The notes under the pieces: model-generated
The model's database searches: none
Seen by the model: only the letters and a program-made list of their open reading frames with translations
Told to the model about the DNA's origin: nothing
Assembly: GCF_009914755.1 (NCBI RefSeq)
Contig: NC_060930.1
Reading direction: 5' to 3' (one strand)
From: the human T2T-CHM13v2.0 reference genome, Homo sapiens
Length of the DNA stretch: 64,000 bases
Made by a program: the position numbers and the translations under genes
In this document: in pieces, positions 23,951-38,729 of the stretch
Position numbering within the stretch: the first letter of the stretch is position 1
How the letters are laid out: the number at the start of each line of letters is the position of its first letter

Positions 23951-26501
23951 TGCATTCAACTCACCGAGTGGAACATTCCTCTTGAGAGAGCAGTTTGGAA
24001 ACACTCTTTCTGTAGAATCAGCTTGTTTGTATTTGGACCTCCTTGAGGCCTTCGTTGGAAACGGGTTTTCATCTTATAAACCCAGACAGAAGAATTCTCA
24101 GAGTCTTCTTTGTGATGTGTGCTTTCAACTCACCGAGATAAAGATTTCTCTTGATAGAGCAATTTGGAAACACTCTTTTTGTAGAATTTGCAAGGGTACA
24201 TTGAGAGCGCTTTCAGGCCTATGGTAGAAAAGGGAATATCTTTCCATAAAAGGTAGACAGAAGCAATCTCAGAAACTACTTTGTGATGTGTGCATTCAAC
24301 TCACCGAGTGCAACGTTCCTCTTGACCGAGCAGTTTGGAAACATTGTTTCTGTAGAATCTGCAAGTGGATATTTGGACCTCTTTGAGGCCTTCGTTGGAA
24401 ACGGGATTTCTTCCTATAAACCCAGACAGAAGAATTCTCAGAGACTTCTTTGTGATGTGTGAATTCAACTCACAGTGTGGATCCTTCCTTTTGATAGAGC
24501 AGTTTTGAAACCCTGTTTTTGTAGTATTTCCAAGCGGATATTTGGAACGCCTTGAAGCGTATGGTAGAAAAGGAAATATCTTCCCATAAAACCTAGACAG
24601 AACCAATCTCAGAAACGACTTTGTGATGTCTGCATTCAAGTCACAGAGTTGAACATTTCTCTTGATAGAGCAGTTTTGAAACCCTCTTTCTGAAGGATCT
24701 GCAAGTGGATATTTGGAACTCCTTTGGGTCTTCGTTGGAAACGGGATTTCTTCGTATAAATCTAGACAGAAGAATTCTCAGAAACTTCCTTGTGATGTGT
24801 GCATTCAACTCAGCGAGTGGCACCTTCCTTTGGATACAGCAGTTTTGAAACACTGTTTTTGTAGTATTTCCAAGCGGATATTTAGAGCGCCTTGAAGCCT
24901 ATGCTAGAAATGGAAATATCTCCCCATAAAACCAAGACGGAAGCAATCTCAGAAACTAATGTGTGATGGCTGCATTCCACACACACGGTGGACCATTTCT
25001 CTTGATAGAGCAGTTTTGAAACACTCTTTCTGTAGAATCTGCAAGTGGATAATTGGACCTCCGAGAGGCCTTCGTTGGAAACGGGATTTCTTCATCTAAA
25101 CCTACAGAGAAGTATTCTCAGTAACTTCTTCGGATGTGTGCATTCGACGCACAGAATGGAACATTCCCTTTGATAGAGCAGTTTTGAGACACCGTTTTTG
25201 TAGAATTCCCAAGTGGATATTTAGAGCACTTTGAAGTCTCTGCTAGAAAAGGAAACATCATCATGTAAAAAGTAGATAGAATCGTTCTCAGAAAGTGCTT
25301 AGTGTCGTGTGCGTTCAACTCACAGAGTTTAACGTTTCTTTTGATAGAGCGTTTCTGAAACACCCTTCTTGTAGTAGCTGCAAGTGGATATTTGGACCTA
25401 TTGGAGGCCTTCTTTGGAAACGGGATTTCTTCATGTAACTCTAGATTGAAGAATTCTCAGAAACTCCTTTGTGATGTGTGCATTCAATTCAAAGAGTGAA
25501 ACCTCTCTTTTCACAGAGCAGTTTTGAAACACTGTTTTTGTAGGATTTCCAAGGGGATATTTATAGCGCATTGAGCCTACGGCGGAAAAAGAAACATCTT
25601 CCTATAAAAACTAGACAGAATACTTCTCAGAATCTGCTTTGCGATGTGTGCGTTCAACTCACAGAGTAAAACTTTTCTTTTGATAGAGCAGTTTTGAAAC
25701 ACTCTTTTTGTAGTATTTGCATGTGTATATTTAGAGCGCATTGAAGCCCACAGTAGAAAAGGAAATAACTTCACCTAAAACCTAGACAGAAGCAATCTCA
25801 GAAACTACTTTGTGATGTGTACATTCAACTCACAGAGTGGAACTTTCCTCTTTATAGAGCAGTGTTGAAACACTCTTTTTGTAGAAACTGCAAGTGGATA
25901 TTTGGACCTCTTTGAGGCCTTCGTTGGAAACGGGATTTCTTCCTATAACCCTAGACAGAAGAATTTTCAGAAACCTCATTGTGATGTGTGCGTTCATCTC
26001 ACAGAGTGGAGTCTTCCGTTTGATAGAGAAGTTTTGAAACCCTGTTCTTGTAGGATTTCCAAGTGGATATTTAGACCACTTTGAAGCCTATGATAGAAAA
26101 GGAAACATCTTCATGGAAAACATAGATAGAATCATCCTCAGAAACAACTTTGTGATGTGTGCGTTGAACTCACCGTCTTTAACCTTTCTTTTGGTAGAGA
26201 AGTTTTGAAACACTCTCTTTGTAAAGTCTACAAGTGGATATTTTGAGCCCTTGGAGGCATTCTTTGGAAAAGGGAATGTCTTCACATAAAAGGCAGACGG
26301 AAGTGTTCTCAGAAACTGCTTTGTGATGTCTGTGTTCAACTCACAGAGTTTAACATTTCCTTTGATAGAGCGGTTTAGTAACCCTCTCTTTGTAGAATTT
26401 GGAAGTGTATACTAAGAGCGCTTTGAGGCCTATGGTAGAAAAGGAAATATCTTTCCATAAAAGCTAGACAGAAGCAATCTCAGAAACTCCTTTGCGATGT
26501 C
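23951..26501 (+). repeat. 15-mer HOR structural variant (U9, 2,551 bp)
   Basis: Same junction as U7, at 24759-24779, with the same linked SNPs. Confidence 0.96.
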
Positions 26502-29500
26502 TGCATTCAACTCACCGAGTGGAACATTCCTCTTGAGAGAGCAGTTTGGAAACACTCTTTCTGTAGAATCAGCTTGTTTGTATTTGGACCTCCTTGAGGC
26601 CTTCGTTGGAAACGGGTTTTCATCTTATAAACCCAGACAGAAGAATTCTCAGAGTCTTCTTTGTGATGTGTGCTTTCAACTCACCGAGATAAAGATTTCT
26701 CTTGATAGAGCAATTTGGAAACACTCTTTTTGTAGAATTTGCAAGGGTACATTGAGAGCGCTTTCAGGCCTATGGTAGAAAAGGGAATATCTTTCCATAA
26801 AAGGTAGACAGAAGCAATCTCAGAAACTACTTTGTGATGTGTGCATTCAACTCACCGAGTGCAACGTTCCTCTTGACCGAGCAGTTTGGAAACATTGTTT
26901 CTGTAGAATCTGCAAGTGGATATTTGGACCTCTTTGAGGCCTTCGTTGGAAACGGGATTTCTTCCTATAAACCCAGACAGAAGAATTCTCAGAGACTTCT
27001 TTGTGATGTGTGAATTCAACTCACAGTGTGGATCCTTCCTTTTGATAGAGCAGTTTTGAAACCCTGTTTTTGTAGTATTTCCAAGCGGATATTCGGAACG
27101 CCTTGAAGCGTATGGTAGAAAAGGAAATATCTTCCCATAAAACCTAGACAGAACCAATCTCAGAAACGACTTTGTGATGTCTGCATTCAAGTCACAGAGT
27201 TGAACATTTCTCTTGATAGAGCAGTTTTGAAACCCTCTTTCTGAAGGATCTGCAAGTGGATATTTGGAACTCCTTTGGGTCTTCGTTGGAAACGGGATTT
27301 CTTCGTATAAATCTAGACAGAAGAATTCTCCGAAACTTCTTTGGTTGTGTGCATTCAAGTCACAGAGTGGAACCTTCCTTTGGATAGAGCAGTTTGAAAC
27401 GCCGTGGTTGTAGTATTTCCAAGCGGATATTAGAGCGCCTTGAGGCCTATGGTAGAAAAGGAAATATCTTCCCATAAAACCTAGACGGAAGCAATCTCAG
27501 AAACTACTGTGTGATGGCTGCATTCCACACACACGGTGGAACATTTCTCTTGATAGAGCAGTTTTGAAACACTCTTTCTGTAGAATCTGCAAGTGGATAA
27601 TTGGACCGCCTTGAGGCCTTCGTTGGAAACGGGATTTCTTCATGTTACTCTAGATAGAAGAATTCTCAAACACTGCTATGTGATGTTTGCATTCAAGTCA
27701 CAGAGTGCAACATTCCTCTTGGTAGAGCAGTTGGGAAACACTCCTTTTGTAGAATCTGCAATGGGATATTTGGACTTCTTTGAGGCCTTCGTTGGAAACG
27801 GGATTTCTTCGTATGAATCTAGACAGAAGAATTCTCAGAAACTTCCTTGTGATGTGTGCATTCAACTCAGCGAGTGGCACCTTCCTTTGGATACAGCAGT
27901 TTTGAAACACTGTTTTTGTAGTATTTCCAAGCGGATATTTAGAGCGCCTTGAAGCCTATGCTAGAAATGGAAATATCTCCCCATAAAACCAAGACAGAAG
28001 CAATCTCAGAAACTAATGTGTGATGGCTGCATTCCACACACACGGTGGACCATTTCTCTTGATAGAGCAGTTTTGAAACACTCTTTCTGTAGAATCTGCA
28101 AGTGGATAATTGGACCTCCTAGAGGCCTTCGTTGGAAACGGGATTTCTTCATCTAAACCTACAGAGAAGAATTCTCAGTAACTTCTTCGGATGTGTGCAT
28201 TCGACGCACAGAATGGAACATTCCCTTTGATAGAGCAGTTTTGAGACACCGTTTTTGTAGAATTCCCAAGTGGATATTTAGAGCACTTTGAAGTCTCTGC
28301 TAGAAAAGGAAACATCTTCATGTAAAAAGTAGATAGAATCGTTCTCAGAAAGTGCTTAGTGACGTGTGCGTTCAACTCACAGAGTTTAACATTTCTTTTG
28401 ATAGAGCGTTTCTGAAACACCCTTCTTGTAGTAGCTGCAAGTGGATATTTGGACCTATTGGAGGCCTTCTTTGGAAATGGGATTTCTTCATGTAACTCTA
28501 GATTGAAGAGTTCTCAGAAACTCCTTTGTGATGTGTGCATTCAATTCAAAGAGTGAAACCTCCCTTTTCACAGAGCAGTTTTGAAACACTGTTTTTGTAG
28601 GATTTCCAAGGGGATATTTATAGCGCATTGAGCCTACGGCGGAAAAAGAAACATCTTCCTATAAAAACTAGACAGAATACTTCTCAGAATCTGCTTTGCG
28701 ATGTGTGCGTTCAACTCACAGAGTAAAACTTTTCTTTTGATAGAGCAGTTTTGAAACACTCTTTTTGTAGTATTTGCATGTGTATATTTAGAGCGCATTG
28801 AAGCCCACAGTAGAAAAGGAAATAACTTCACCTAAAACCTAGACAGAAGCAATCTCAGAAACTACTTTGTGATGTGTACATTCAACTCACAGAGTGGAAC
28901 TTTCCTCTTTATAGAGCAGTGTTGAAACACTCTTTTTGTAGAAACTGCAAGTGGATATTTGGACCTCTTTGAGGCCTTCGTTGGAAACGGGATTTCTTCC
29001 TATAACCCTAGACAGAAGAATTTTCAGAAACCTCATTGTGATGTGTGCGTTCATCTCACAGAGTGGAGTCTTCCGTTTGATAGAGAAGTTTTGAAACCCT
29101 GTTCTTGTAGGATTTCCAAGTGGATATTTAGACCACTTTGAAGCCTATGATAGAAAAGGAAACATCTTCATGGAAAACATAGATAGAATCATCCTCAGAA
29201 ACAACTTTGTGATGTGTGCGTTGAACTCACCGTCTTTAACCTTTCTTTTGGTAGAGAAGTTTTGAAACACTCTCTTTGTAAAGTCTACAAGTGGATATTT
29301 TGAGCCCTTGGAGGCATTCTTTGGAAAAGGGAATGTCTTCACATAAAAGGCAGACGGAAGTGTTCTCAGAAACTGCTTTGTGATGTCTGTGTTCAACTCA
29401 CAGAGTTTAACATTTCCTTTGATAGAGCGGTTTAGTAACCCTCTCTTTGTAGAATTTGGAAGTGTATACTAAGAGCGCTTTGAGGCCTATGGTAGAAAAG

Positions 29501-32500
29501 GAAATATCTTTCCATAAAAGCTAGACAGAAGCAATCTCAGAAACTCCTTTGCGATGTCTGCATTCAACTCACCGAGTGGAACATTCCTCTTGAGAGAGCA
29601 GTTTGGAAACACTCTTTCTGTAGAATCAGCTTGTTTGTATTTGGACCTCCTTGAGGCCTTCGTTGGAAACGGGTTTTCATCTTATAAACCCAGACAGAAG
29701 AATTCTCAGAGTCTTCTTTGTGATGTGTGCTTTCAACTCACCGAGATAAAGATTTCTCTTGATAGAGCAATTTGGAAACACTCTTTTTGTAGAATTTGCA
29801 AGGGTACATTGAGAGCGCTTTCAGGCCTATGGTAGAAAAGGGAATATCTTTCCATAAAAGGTAGACAGAAGCAATCTCAGAAACTACTTTGTGATGTGTG
29901 CATTCAACTCACCGAGTGCAACGTTCCTCTTGACCGAGCAGTTTGGAAACATTGTTTCTGTAGAATCTGCAAGTGGATATTTGGACCTCTTTGAGGCCTT
30001 CGTTGGAAACGGGATTTCTTCCTATAAACCCAGACAGAAGAATTCTCAGAGACTTCTTTGTGATGTGTGAATTCAACTCACAGTGTGGATCCTTCCTTTT
30101 GATAGAGCAGTTTTGAAACCCTGTTTTTGTAGTATTTCCAAGTGGATATTTGGAACGCCTTGAAGCGTATGGTAGAAAAGGAAATATCTTCCCATAAAAC
30201 CTAGACAGAACCAATCTCAGAAACGACTTTGTGATGTCTGCATTCAAGTCACAGAGTTGAACATTTCTCTTGATAGAGCAGTTTTGAAACCCTCTTTCTG
30301 AAGGATCTGCAAGTGGATATTTGGAACTCCTTTGGGTCTTCGTTGGAAACGGGATTTCTTCGTATAAATCTAGACAGAAGAATTCTCCGAAACTTCTTTG
30401 GTTGTGTGCATTCAAGTCACAGAGTGGAACCTTCCTTTGGATAGAGCAGTTTGAAACGCCGTGGTTGTAGTATTTCCAAGCGGATATTAGAGCGCCTTGA
30501 GGCCTATGGTAGAAAAGGAAATATCTTCCCATAAAACCTAGACGGAAGCAATCTCAGAAACTACTGTGTGATGGCTGCATTCCACACACACGGTGGAACA
30601 TTTCTCTTGATAGAGCAGTTTTGAAACACTCTTTCTGTAGAATCTGCAAGTGGATAATTGGACCGCCTTGAGGCCTTCGTTGGAAACGGGATTTCTTCAT
30701 GTTACTCTAGATAGAAGAATTCTCAAACACTGCTATGTGATGTTTGCATTCAAGTCACAGAGTGCAACATTCCTCTTGGTAGAGCAGTTGGGAAACACTC
30801 CTTTTGTAGAATCTGCAATGGGATATTTGGACTTCTTTGAGGCCTTCGTTGGAAACGGGATTTCTTCGTATGAATCTAGACAGAAGAATTCTCAGAAACT
30901 TCCTTGTGATGTGTGCATTCAACTCAGCGAGTGGCACCTTCCTTTGGATACAGCAGTTTTGAAACACTGTTTTTGTAGTATTTCCAAGCGGATATTTAGA
31001 GCGCCTTGAAGCCTATGCTAGAAATGGAAATATCTCCCCATAAAACCAAGACAGAAGCAATCTCAGAAACTAATGTGTGATGGCTGCATTCCACACACAC
31101 GGTGGACCATTTCTCTTGATAGAGCAGTTTTGAAACACTCTTTCTGTAGAATCTGCAAGTGGATAATTGGACCTCCTAGAGGCCTTCGTTGGAAACGGGA
31201 TTTCTTCATCTAAACCTACAGAGAAGAATTCTCAGTAACTTCTTCGGATGTGTGCATTCGACGCACAGAATGGAACATTCCCTTTGATAGAGCAGTTTTG
31301 AGACACCGTTTTTGTAGAATTCCCAAGTGGATATTTAGAGCACTTTGAAGTCTCTGCTAGAAAAGGAAACATCTTCATGTAAAAAGTAGATAGAATCGTT
31401 CTCAGAAAGTGCTTAGTGACGTGTGCGTTCAACTCACAGAGTTTAACGTTTCTTTTGATAGAGCGTTTCTGAAACACCCTTCTTGTAGTAGCTGCAAGTG
31501 GATATTTGGACCTATTGGAGGCCTTCTTTGGAAATGGGATTTCTTCATGTAACTCTAGATTGAAGAGTTCTCAGAAACTCCTTTGTGATGTGTGCATTCA
31601 ATTCAAAGAGTGAAACCTCCCTTTTCACAGAGCAGTTTTGAAACACTGTTTTTGTAGGATTTCCAAGGGGATATTTATAGCGCATTGAGCCTACGGCGGA
31701 AAAAGAAACATCTTCCTATAAAAACTAGACAGAATACTTCTCAGAATCTGCTTTGCGATGTGTGCGTTCAACTCACAGAGTAAAACTTTTCTTTTGATAG
31801 AGCAGTTTTGAAACACTCTTTTTGTAGTATTTGCATGTGTATATTTAGAGCGCATTGAAGCCCACAGTAGAAAAGGAAATAACTTCACCTAAAACCTAGA
31901 CAGAAGCAATCTCAGAAACTACTTTGTGATGTGTACATTCAACTCACAGAGTGGAACTTTCCTCTTTATAGAGCAGTGTTGAAACACTCTTTTTGTAGAA
32001 ACTGCAAGTGGATATTTGGACCTCTTTGAGGCCTTCGTTGGAAACGGGATTTCTTCCTATAACCCTAGACAGAAGAATTTTCAGAAACCTCATTGTGATG
32101 TGTGCGTTCATCTCACAGAGTGGAGTCTTCCGTTTGATAGAGAAGTTTTGAAACCCTGTTCTTGTAGGATTTCCAAGTGGATATTTAGACCACTTTGAAG
32201 CCTATGATAGAAAAGGAAACATCTTCATGGAAAACATAGATAGAATCATCCTCAGAAACAACTTTGTGATGTGTGCGTTGAACTCACCGTCTTTAACCTT
32301 TCTTTTGGTAGAGAAGTTTTGAAACACTCTCTTTGTAAAGTCTACAAGTGGATATTTTGAGCCCTTGGAGGCATTCTTTGGAAAAGGGAATGTCTTCACA
32401 TAAAAGGCAGACGGAAGTGTTCTCAGAAACTGCTTTGTGATGTCTGTGTTCAACTCACAGAGTTTAACATTTCCTTTGATAGAGCGGTTTAGTAACCCTC

Positions 32501-35500
32501 TCTTTGTAGAATTTGGAAGTGTATACTAAGAGCGCTTTGAGGCCTATGGTAGAAAAGGAAATATCTTTCCATAAAAGCTAGACAGAAGCAATCTCAGAAA
32601 CTCCTTTGCGATGTCTGCATTCAACTCACCGAGTGGAACATTCCTCTTGAGAGAGCAGTTTGGAAACACTCTTTCTGTAGAATCAGCTTGTTTGTATTTG
32701 GACCTCCTTGAGGCCTTCGTTGGAAACGGGTTTTCATCTTATAAACCCAGACAGAAGAATTCTCAGAGTCTTCTTTGTGATGTGTGCTTTCAACTCACCG
32801 AGATAAAGATTTCTCTTGATAGAGCAATTTGGAAACACTCTTTTTGTAGAATTTGCAAGGGTACATTGAGAGCGCTTTCAGGCCTATGGTAGAAAAGGGA
32901 ATATCTTTCCATAAAAGGTAGACAGAAGCAATCTCAGAAACTACTTTGTGATGTGTGCATTCAACTCACCGAGTGCAACGTTCCTCTTGACCGAGCAGTT
33001 TGGAAACATTGTTTCTGTAGAATCTGCAAGTGGATATTTGGACCTCTTTGAGGCCTTCGTTGGAAACGGGATTTCTTCCTATAAACCCAGACAGAAGAAT
33101 TCTCAGAGACTTCTTTGTGATGTGTGAATTCAACTCACAGTGTGGATCCTTCCTTTTGATAGAGCAGTTTTGAAACCCTGTTTTTGTAGTATTTCCAAGC
33201 GGATATTCGGAACGCCTTGAAGCGTATGGTAGAAAAGGAAATATCTTCCCATAAAACCTAGACAGAACCAATCTCAGAAACGACTTTGTGATGTCTGCAT
33301 TCAAGTCACAGAGTTGAACATTTCTCTTGATAGAGCAGTTTTGAAACCCTCTTTCTGAAGGATCTGCAAGTGGATATTTGGAACTCCTTTGGGTCTTCGT
33401 TGGAAACGGGATTTCTTCGTATAAATCTAGACAGAAGAATTCTCCGAAACTTCTTTGGTTGTGTGCATTCAAGTCACAGAGTGGAACCTTCCTTTGGATA
33501 GAGCAGTTTGAAACGCCGTGGTTGTAGTATTTCCAAGCGGATATTAGAGCGCCTTGAGGCCTATGGTAGAAAAGGAAATATCTTCCCATAAAACCTAGAC
33601 GGAAGCAATCTCAGAAACTACTGTGTGATGGCTGCATTCCACACACACGGTGGAACATTTCTCTTGATAGAGCAGTTTTGAAACACTCTTTCTGTAGAAT
33701 CTGCAAGTGGATAATTGGACCGCCTTGAGGCCTTCGTTGGAAACGGGATTTCTTCATGTTACTCTAGATAGAAGAATTCTCAAACACTGCTATGTGATGT
33801 TTGCATTCAAGTCACAGAGTGCAACATTCCTCTTGGTAGAGCAGTTGGGAAACACTCCTTTTGTAGAATCTGCAATGGGATATTTGGACTTCTTTGAGGC
33901 CTTCGTTGGAAACGGGATTTCTTCGTATGAATCTAGACAGAAGAATTCTCAGAAACTTCCTTGTGATGTGTGCATTCAACTCAGCGAGTGGCACCTTCCT
34001 TTGGATACAGCAGTTTTGAAACACTGTTTTTGTAGTATTTCCAAGCGGATATTTAGAGCGCCTTGAAGCCTATGCTAGAAATGGAAATATCTCCCCATAA
34101 AACCAAGACAGAAGCAATCTCAGAAACTAATGTGTGATGGCTGCATTCCACACACACGGTGGACCATTTCTCTTGATAGAGCAGTTTTGAAACACTCTTT
34201 CTGTAGAATCTGCAAGTGGATAATTGGACCTCCTAGAGGCCTTCGTTGGAAACGGGATTTCTTCATCTAAACCTACAGAGAAGAATTCTCAGTAACTTCT
34301 TCGGATGTGTGCATTCGACGCACAGAATGGAACATTCCCTTTGATAGAGCAGTTTTGAGACACCGTTTTTGTAGAATTCCCAAGTGGATATTTAGAGCAC
34401 TTTGAAGTCTCTGCTAGAAAAGGAAACATCTTCATGTAAAAAGTAGATAGAATCGTTCTCAGAAAGTGCTTAGTGACGTGTGCGTTCAACTCACAGAGTT
34501 TAACGTTTCTTTTGATAGAGCGTTTCTGAAACACCCTTCTTGTAGTAGCTGCAAGTGGATATTTGGACCTATTGGAGGCCTTCTTTGGAAATGGGATTTC
34601 TTCATGTAACTCTAGATTGAAGAGTTCTCAGAAACTCCTTTGTGATGTGTGCATTCAATTCAAAGAGTGAAACCTCCCTTTTCACAGAGCAGTTTTGAAA
34701 CACTGTTTTTGTAGGATTTCCAAGGGGATATTTATAGCGCATTGAGCCTACGGCGGAAAAAGAAACATCTTCCTATAAAAACTAGACAGAATACTTCTCA
34801 GAATCTGCTTTGCGATGTGTGCGTTCAACTCACAGAGTAAAACTTTTCTTTTGATAGAGCAGTTTTGAAACACTCTTTTTGTAGTATTTGCATGTGTATA
34901 TTTAGAGCGCATTGAAGCCCACAGTAGAAAAGGAAATAACTTCACCTAAAACCTAGACAGAAGCAATCTCAGAAACTACTTTGTGATGTGTACATTCAAC
35001 TCACAGAGTGGAACTTTCCTCTTTATAGAGCAGTGTTGAAACACTCTTTTTGTAGAAACTGCAAGTGGATATTTGGACCTCTTTGAGGCCTTCGTTGGAA
35101 ACGGGATTTCTTCCTATAACCCTAGACAGAAGAATTTTCAGAAACCTCATTGTGATGTGTGCGTTCATCTCACAGAGTGGAGTCTTCCGTTTGATAGAGA
35201 AGTTTTGAAACCCTGTTCTTGTAGGATTTCCAAGTGGATATTTAGACCACTTTGAAGCCTATGATAGAAAAGGAAACATCTTCATGGAAAACATAGATAG
35301 AATCATCCTCAGAAACAACTTTGTGATGTGTGCGTTGAACTCACCGTCTTTAACCTTTCTTTTGGTAGAGAAGTTTTGAAACACTCTCTTTGTAAAGTCT
35401 ACAAGTGGATATTTTGAGCCCTTGGAGGCATTCTTTGGAAAAGGGAATGTCTTCACATAAAAGGCAGACGGAAGTGTTCTCAGAAACTGCTTTGTGATGT

Positions 35501-38500
35501 CTGTGTTCAACTCACAGAGTTTAACATTTCCTTTGATAGAGCGGTTTAGTAACCCTCTCTTTGTAGAATTTGGAAGTGTATACTAAGAGCGCTTTGAGGC
35601 CTATGGTAGAAAAGGAAATATCTTTCCATAAAAGCTAGACAGAAGCAATCTCAGAAACTCCTTTGCGATGTCTGCATTCAACTCACCGAGTGGAACATTC
35701 CTCTTGAGAGAGCAGTTTGGAAACACTCTTTCTGTAGAATCAGCTTGTTTGTATTTGGACCTCCTTGAGGCCTTCGTTGGAAACGGGTTTTCATCTTATA
35801 AACCCAGACAGAAGAATTCTCAGAGTCTTCTTTGTGATGTGTGCTTTCAACTCACCGAGATAAAGATTTCTCTTGATAGAGCAATTTGGAAACACTCTTT
35901 TTGTAGAATTTGCAAGGGTACATTGAGAGCGCTTTCAGGCCTATGGTAGAAAAGGGAATATCTTTCCATAAAAGGTAGACAGAAGCAATCTCAGAAACTA
36001 CTTTGTGATGTGTGCATTCAACTCACCGAGTGCAACGTTCCTCTTGACCGAGCAGTTTGGAAACATTGTTTCTGTAGAATCTGCAAGTGGATATTTGGAC
36101 CTCTTTGAGGCCTTCGTTGGAAACGGGATTTCTTCCTATAAACCCAGACAGAAGAATTCTCAGAGACTTCTTTGTGATGTGTGAATTCAACTCACAGTGT
36201 GGATCCTTCCTTTTGATAGAGCAGTTTTGAAACCCTGTTTTTGTAGTATTTCCAAGCGGATATTCGGAACGCCTTGAAGCGTATGGTAGAAAAGGAAATA
36301 TCTTCCCATAAAACCTAGACAGAACCAATCTCAGAAACGACTTTGTGATGTCTGCATTCAAGTCACAGAGTTGAACATTTCTCTTGATAGAGCAGTTTTG
36401 AAACCCTCTTTCTGAAGGATCTGCAAGTGGATATTTGGAACTCCTTTGGGTCTTCGTTGGAAACGGGATTTCTTCGTATAAATCTAGACAGAAGAATTCT
36501 CCGAAACTTCTTTGGTTGTGTGCATTCAAGTCACAGAGTGGAACCTTCCTTTGGATAGAGCAGTTTGAAACGCCGTGGTTGTAGTATTTCCAAGCGGATA
36601 TTAGAGCGCCTTGAGGCCTATGGTAGAAAAGGAAATATCTTCCCATAAAACCTAGACGGAAGCAATCTCAGAAACTACTGTGTGATGGCTGCATTCCACA
36701 CACACGGTGGAACATTTCTCTTGATAGAGCAGTTTTGAAACACTCTTTCTGTAGAATCTGCAAGTGGATAATTGGACCGCCTTGAGGCCTTCGTTGGAAA
36801 CGGGATTTCTTCATGTTACTCTAGATAGAAGAATTCTCAAACACTGCTATGTGATGTTTGCATTCAAGTCACAGAGTGCAACATTCCTCTTGGTAGAGCA
36901 GTTGGGAAACACTCCTTTTGTAGAATCTGCAATGGGATATTTGGACTTCTTTGAGGCCTTCGTTGGAAACGGGATTTCTTCGTATGAATCTAGACAGAAG
37001 AATTCTCAGAAACTTCCTTGTGATGTGTGCATTCAACTCAGCGAGTGGCACCTTCCTTTGGATACAGCAGTTTTGAAACACTGTTTTTGTAGTATTTCCA
37101 AGCGGATATTTAGAGCGCCTTGAAGCCTATGCTAGAAATGGAAATATCTCCCCATAAAACCAAGACAGAAGCAATCTCAGAAACTAATGTGTGATGGCTG
37201 CATTCCACACACACGGTGGACCATTTCTCTTGATAGAGCAGTTTTGAAACACTCTTTCTGTAGAATCTGCAAGTGGATAATTGGACCTCCTAGAGGCCTT
37301 CGTTGGAAACGGGATTTCTTCATCTAAACCTACAGAGAAGAATTCTCAGTAACTTCTTCGGATGTGTGCATTCGACGCACAGAATGGAACATTCCCTTTG
37401 ATAGAGCAGTTTTGAGACACCGTTTTTGTAGAATTCCCAAGTGGATATTTAGAGCACTTTGAAGTCTCTGCTAGAAAAGGAAACATCTTCATGTAAAAAG
37501 TAGATAGAATCGTTCTCAGAAAGTGCTTAGTGACGTGTGCGTTCAACTCACAGAGTTTAACGTTTCTTTTGATAGAGCGTTTCTGAAACACCCTTCTTGT
37601 AGTAGCTGCAAGTGGATATTTGGACCTATTGGAGGCCTTCTTTGGAAATGGGATTTCTTCATGTAACTCTAGATTGAAGAGTTCTCAGAAACTCCTTTGT
37701 GATGTGTGCATTCAATTCAAAGAGTGAAACCTCCCTTTTCACAGAGCAGTTTTGAAACACTGTTTTTGTAGGATTTCCAAGGGGATATTTATAGCGCATT
37801 GAGCCTACGGCGGAAAAAGAAACATCTTCCTATAAAAACTAGACAGAATACTTCTCAGAATCTGCTTTGCGATGTGTGCGTTCAACTCACAGAGTAAAAC
37901 TTTTCTTTTGATAGAGCAGTTTTGAAACACTCTTTTTGTAGTATTTGCATGTGTATATTTAGAGCGCATTGAAGCCCACAGTAGAAAAGGAAATAACTTC
38001 ACCTAAAACCTAGACAGAAGCAATCTCAGAAACTACTTTGTGATGTGTACATTCAACTCACAGAGTGGAACTTTCCTCTTTATAGAGCAGTGTTGAAACA
38101 CTCTTTTTGTAGAAACTGCAAGTGGATATTTGGACCTCTTTGAGGCCTTCGTTGGAAACGGGATTTCTTCCTATAACCCTAGACAGAAGAATTTTCAGAA
38201 ACCTCATTGTGATGTGTGCGTTCATCTCACAGAGTGGAGTCTTCCGTTTGATAGAGAAGTTTTGAAACCCTGTTCTTGTAGGATTTCCAAGTGGATATTT
38301 AGACCACTTTGAAGCCTATGATAGAAAAGGAAACATCTTCATGGAAAACATAGATAGAATCATCCTCAGAAACAACTTTGTGATGTGTGCGTTGAACTCA
38401 CCGTCTTTAACCTTTCTTTTGGTAGAGAAGTTTTGAAACACTCTCTTTGTAAAGTCTACAAGTGGATATTTTGAGCCCTTGGAGGCATTCTTTGGAAAAG

Positions 38501-38729
38501 GGAATGTCTTCACATAAAAGGCAGACGGAAGTGTTCTCAGAAACTGCTTTGTGATGTCTGTGTTCAACTCACAGAGTTTAACATTTCCTTTGATAGAGCG
38601 GTTTAGTAACCCTCTCTTTGTAGAATTTGGAAGTGTATACTAAGAGCGCTTTGAGGCCTATGGTAGAAAAGGAAATATCTTTCCATAAAAGCTAGACAGA
38701 AGCAATCTCAGAAACTCCTTTGCGATGTC
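26502..38729 (+). repeat. Four 18-mer HOR copies (U10-U13; starts 26502, 29559, 32616, 35673)
   Basis: 3,057-bp spacing of the ORF markers 26497, 29554, 32611, 35668, 38725. Confidence 0.96.
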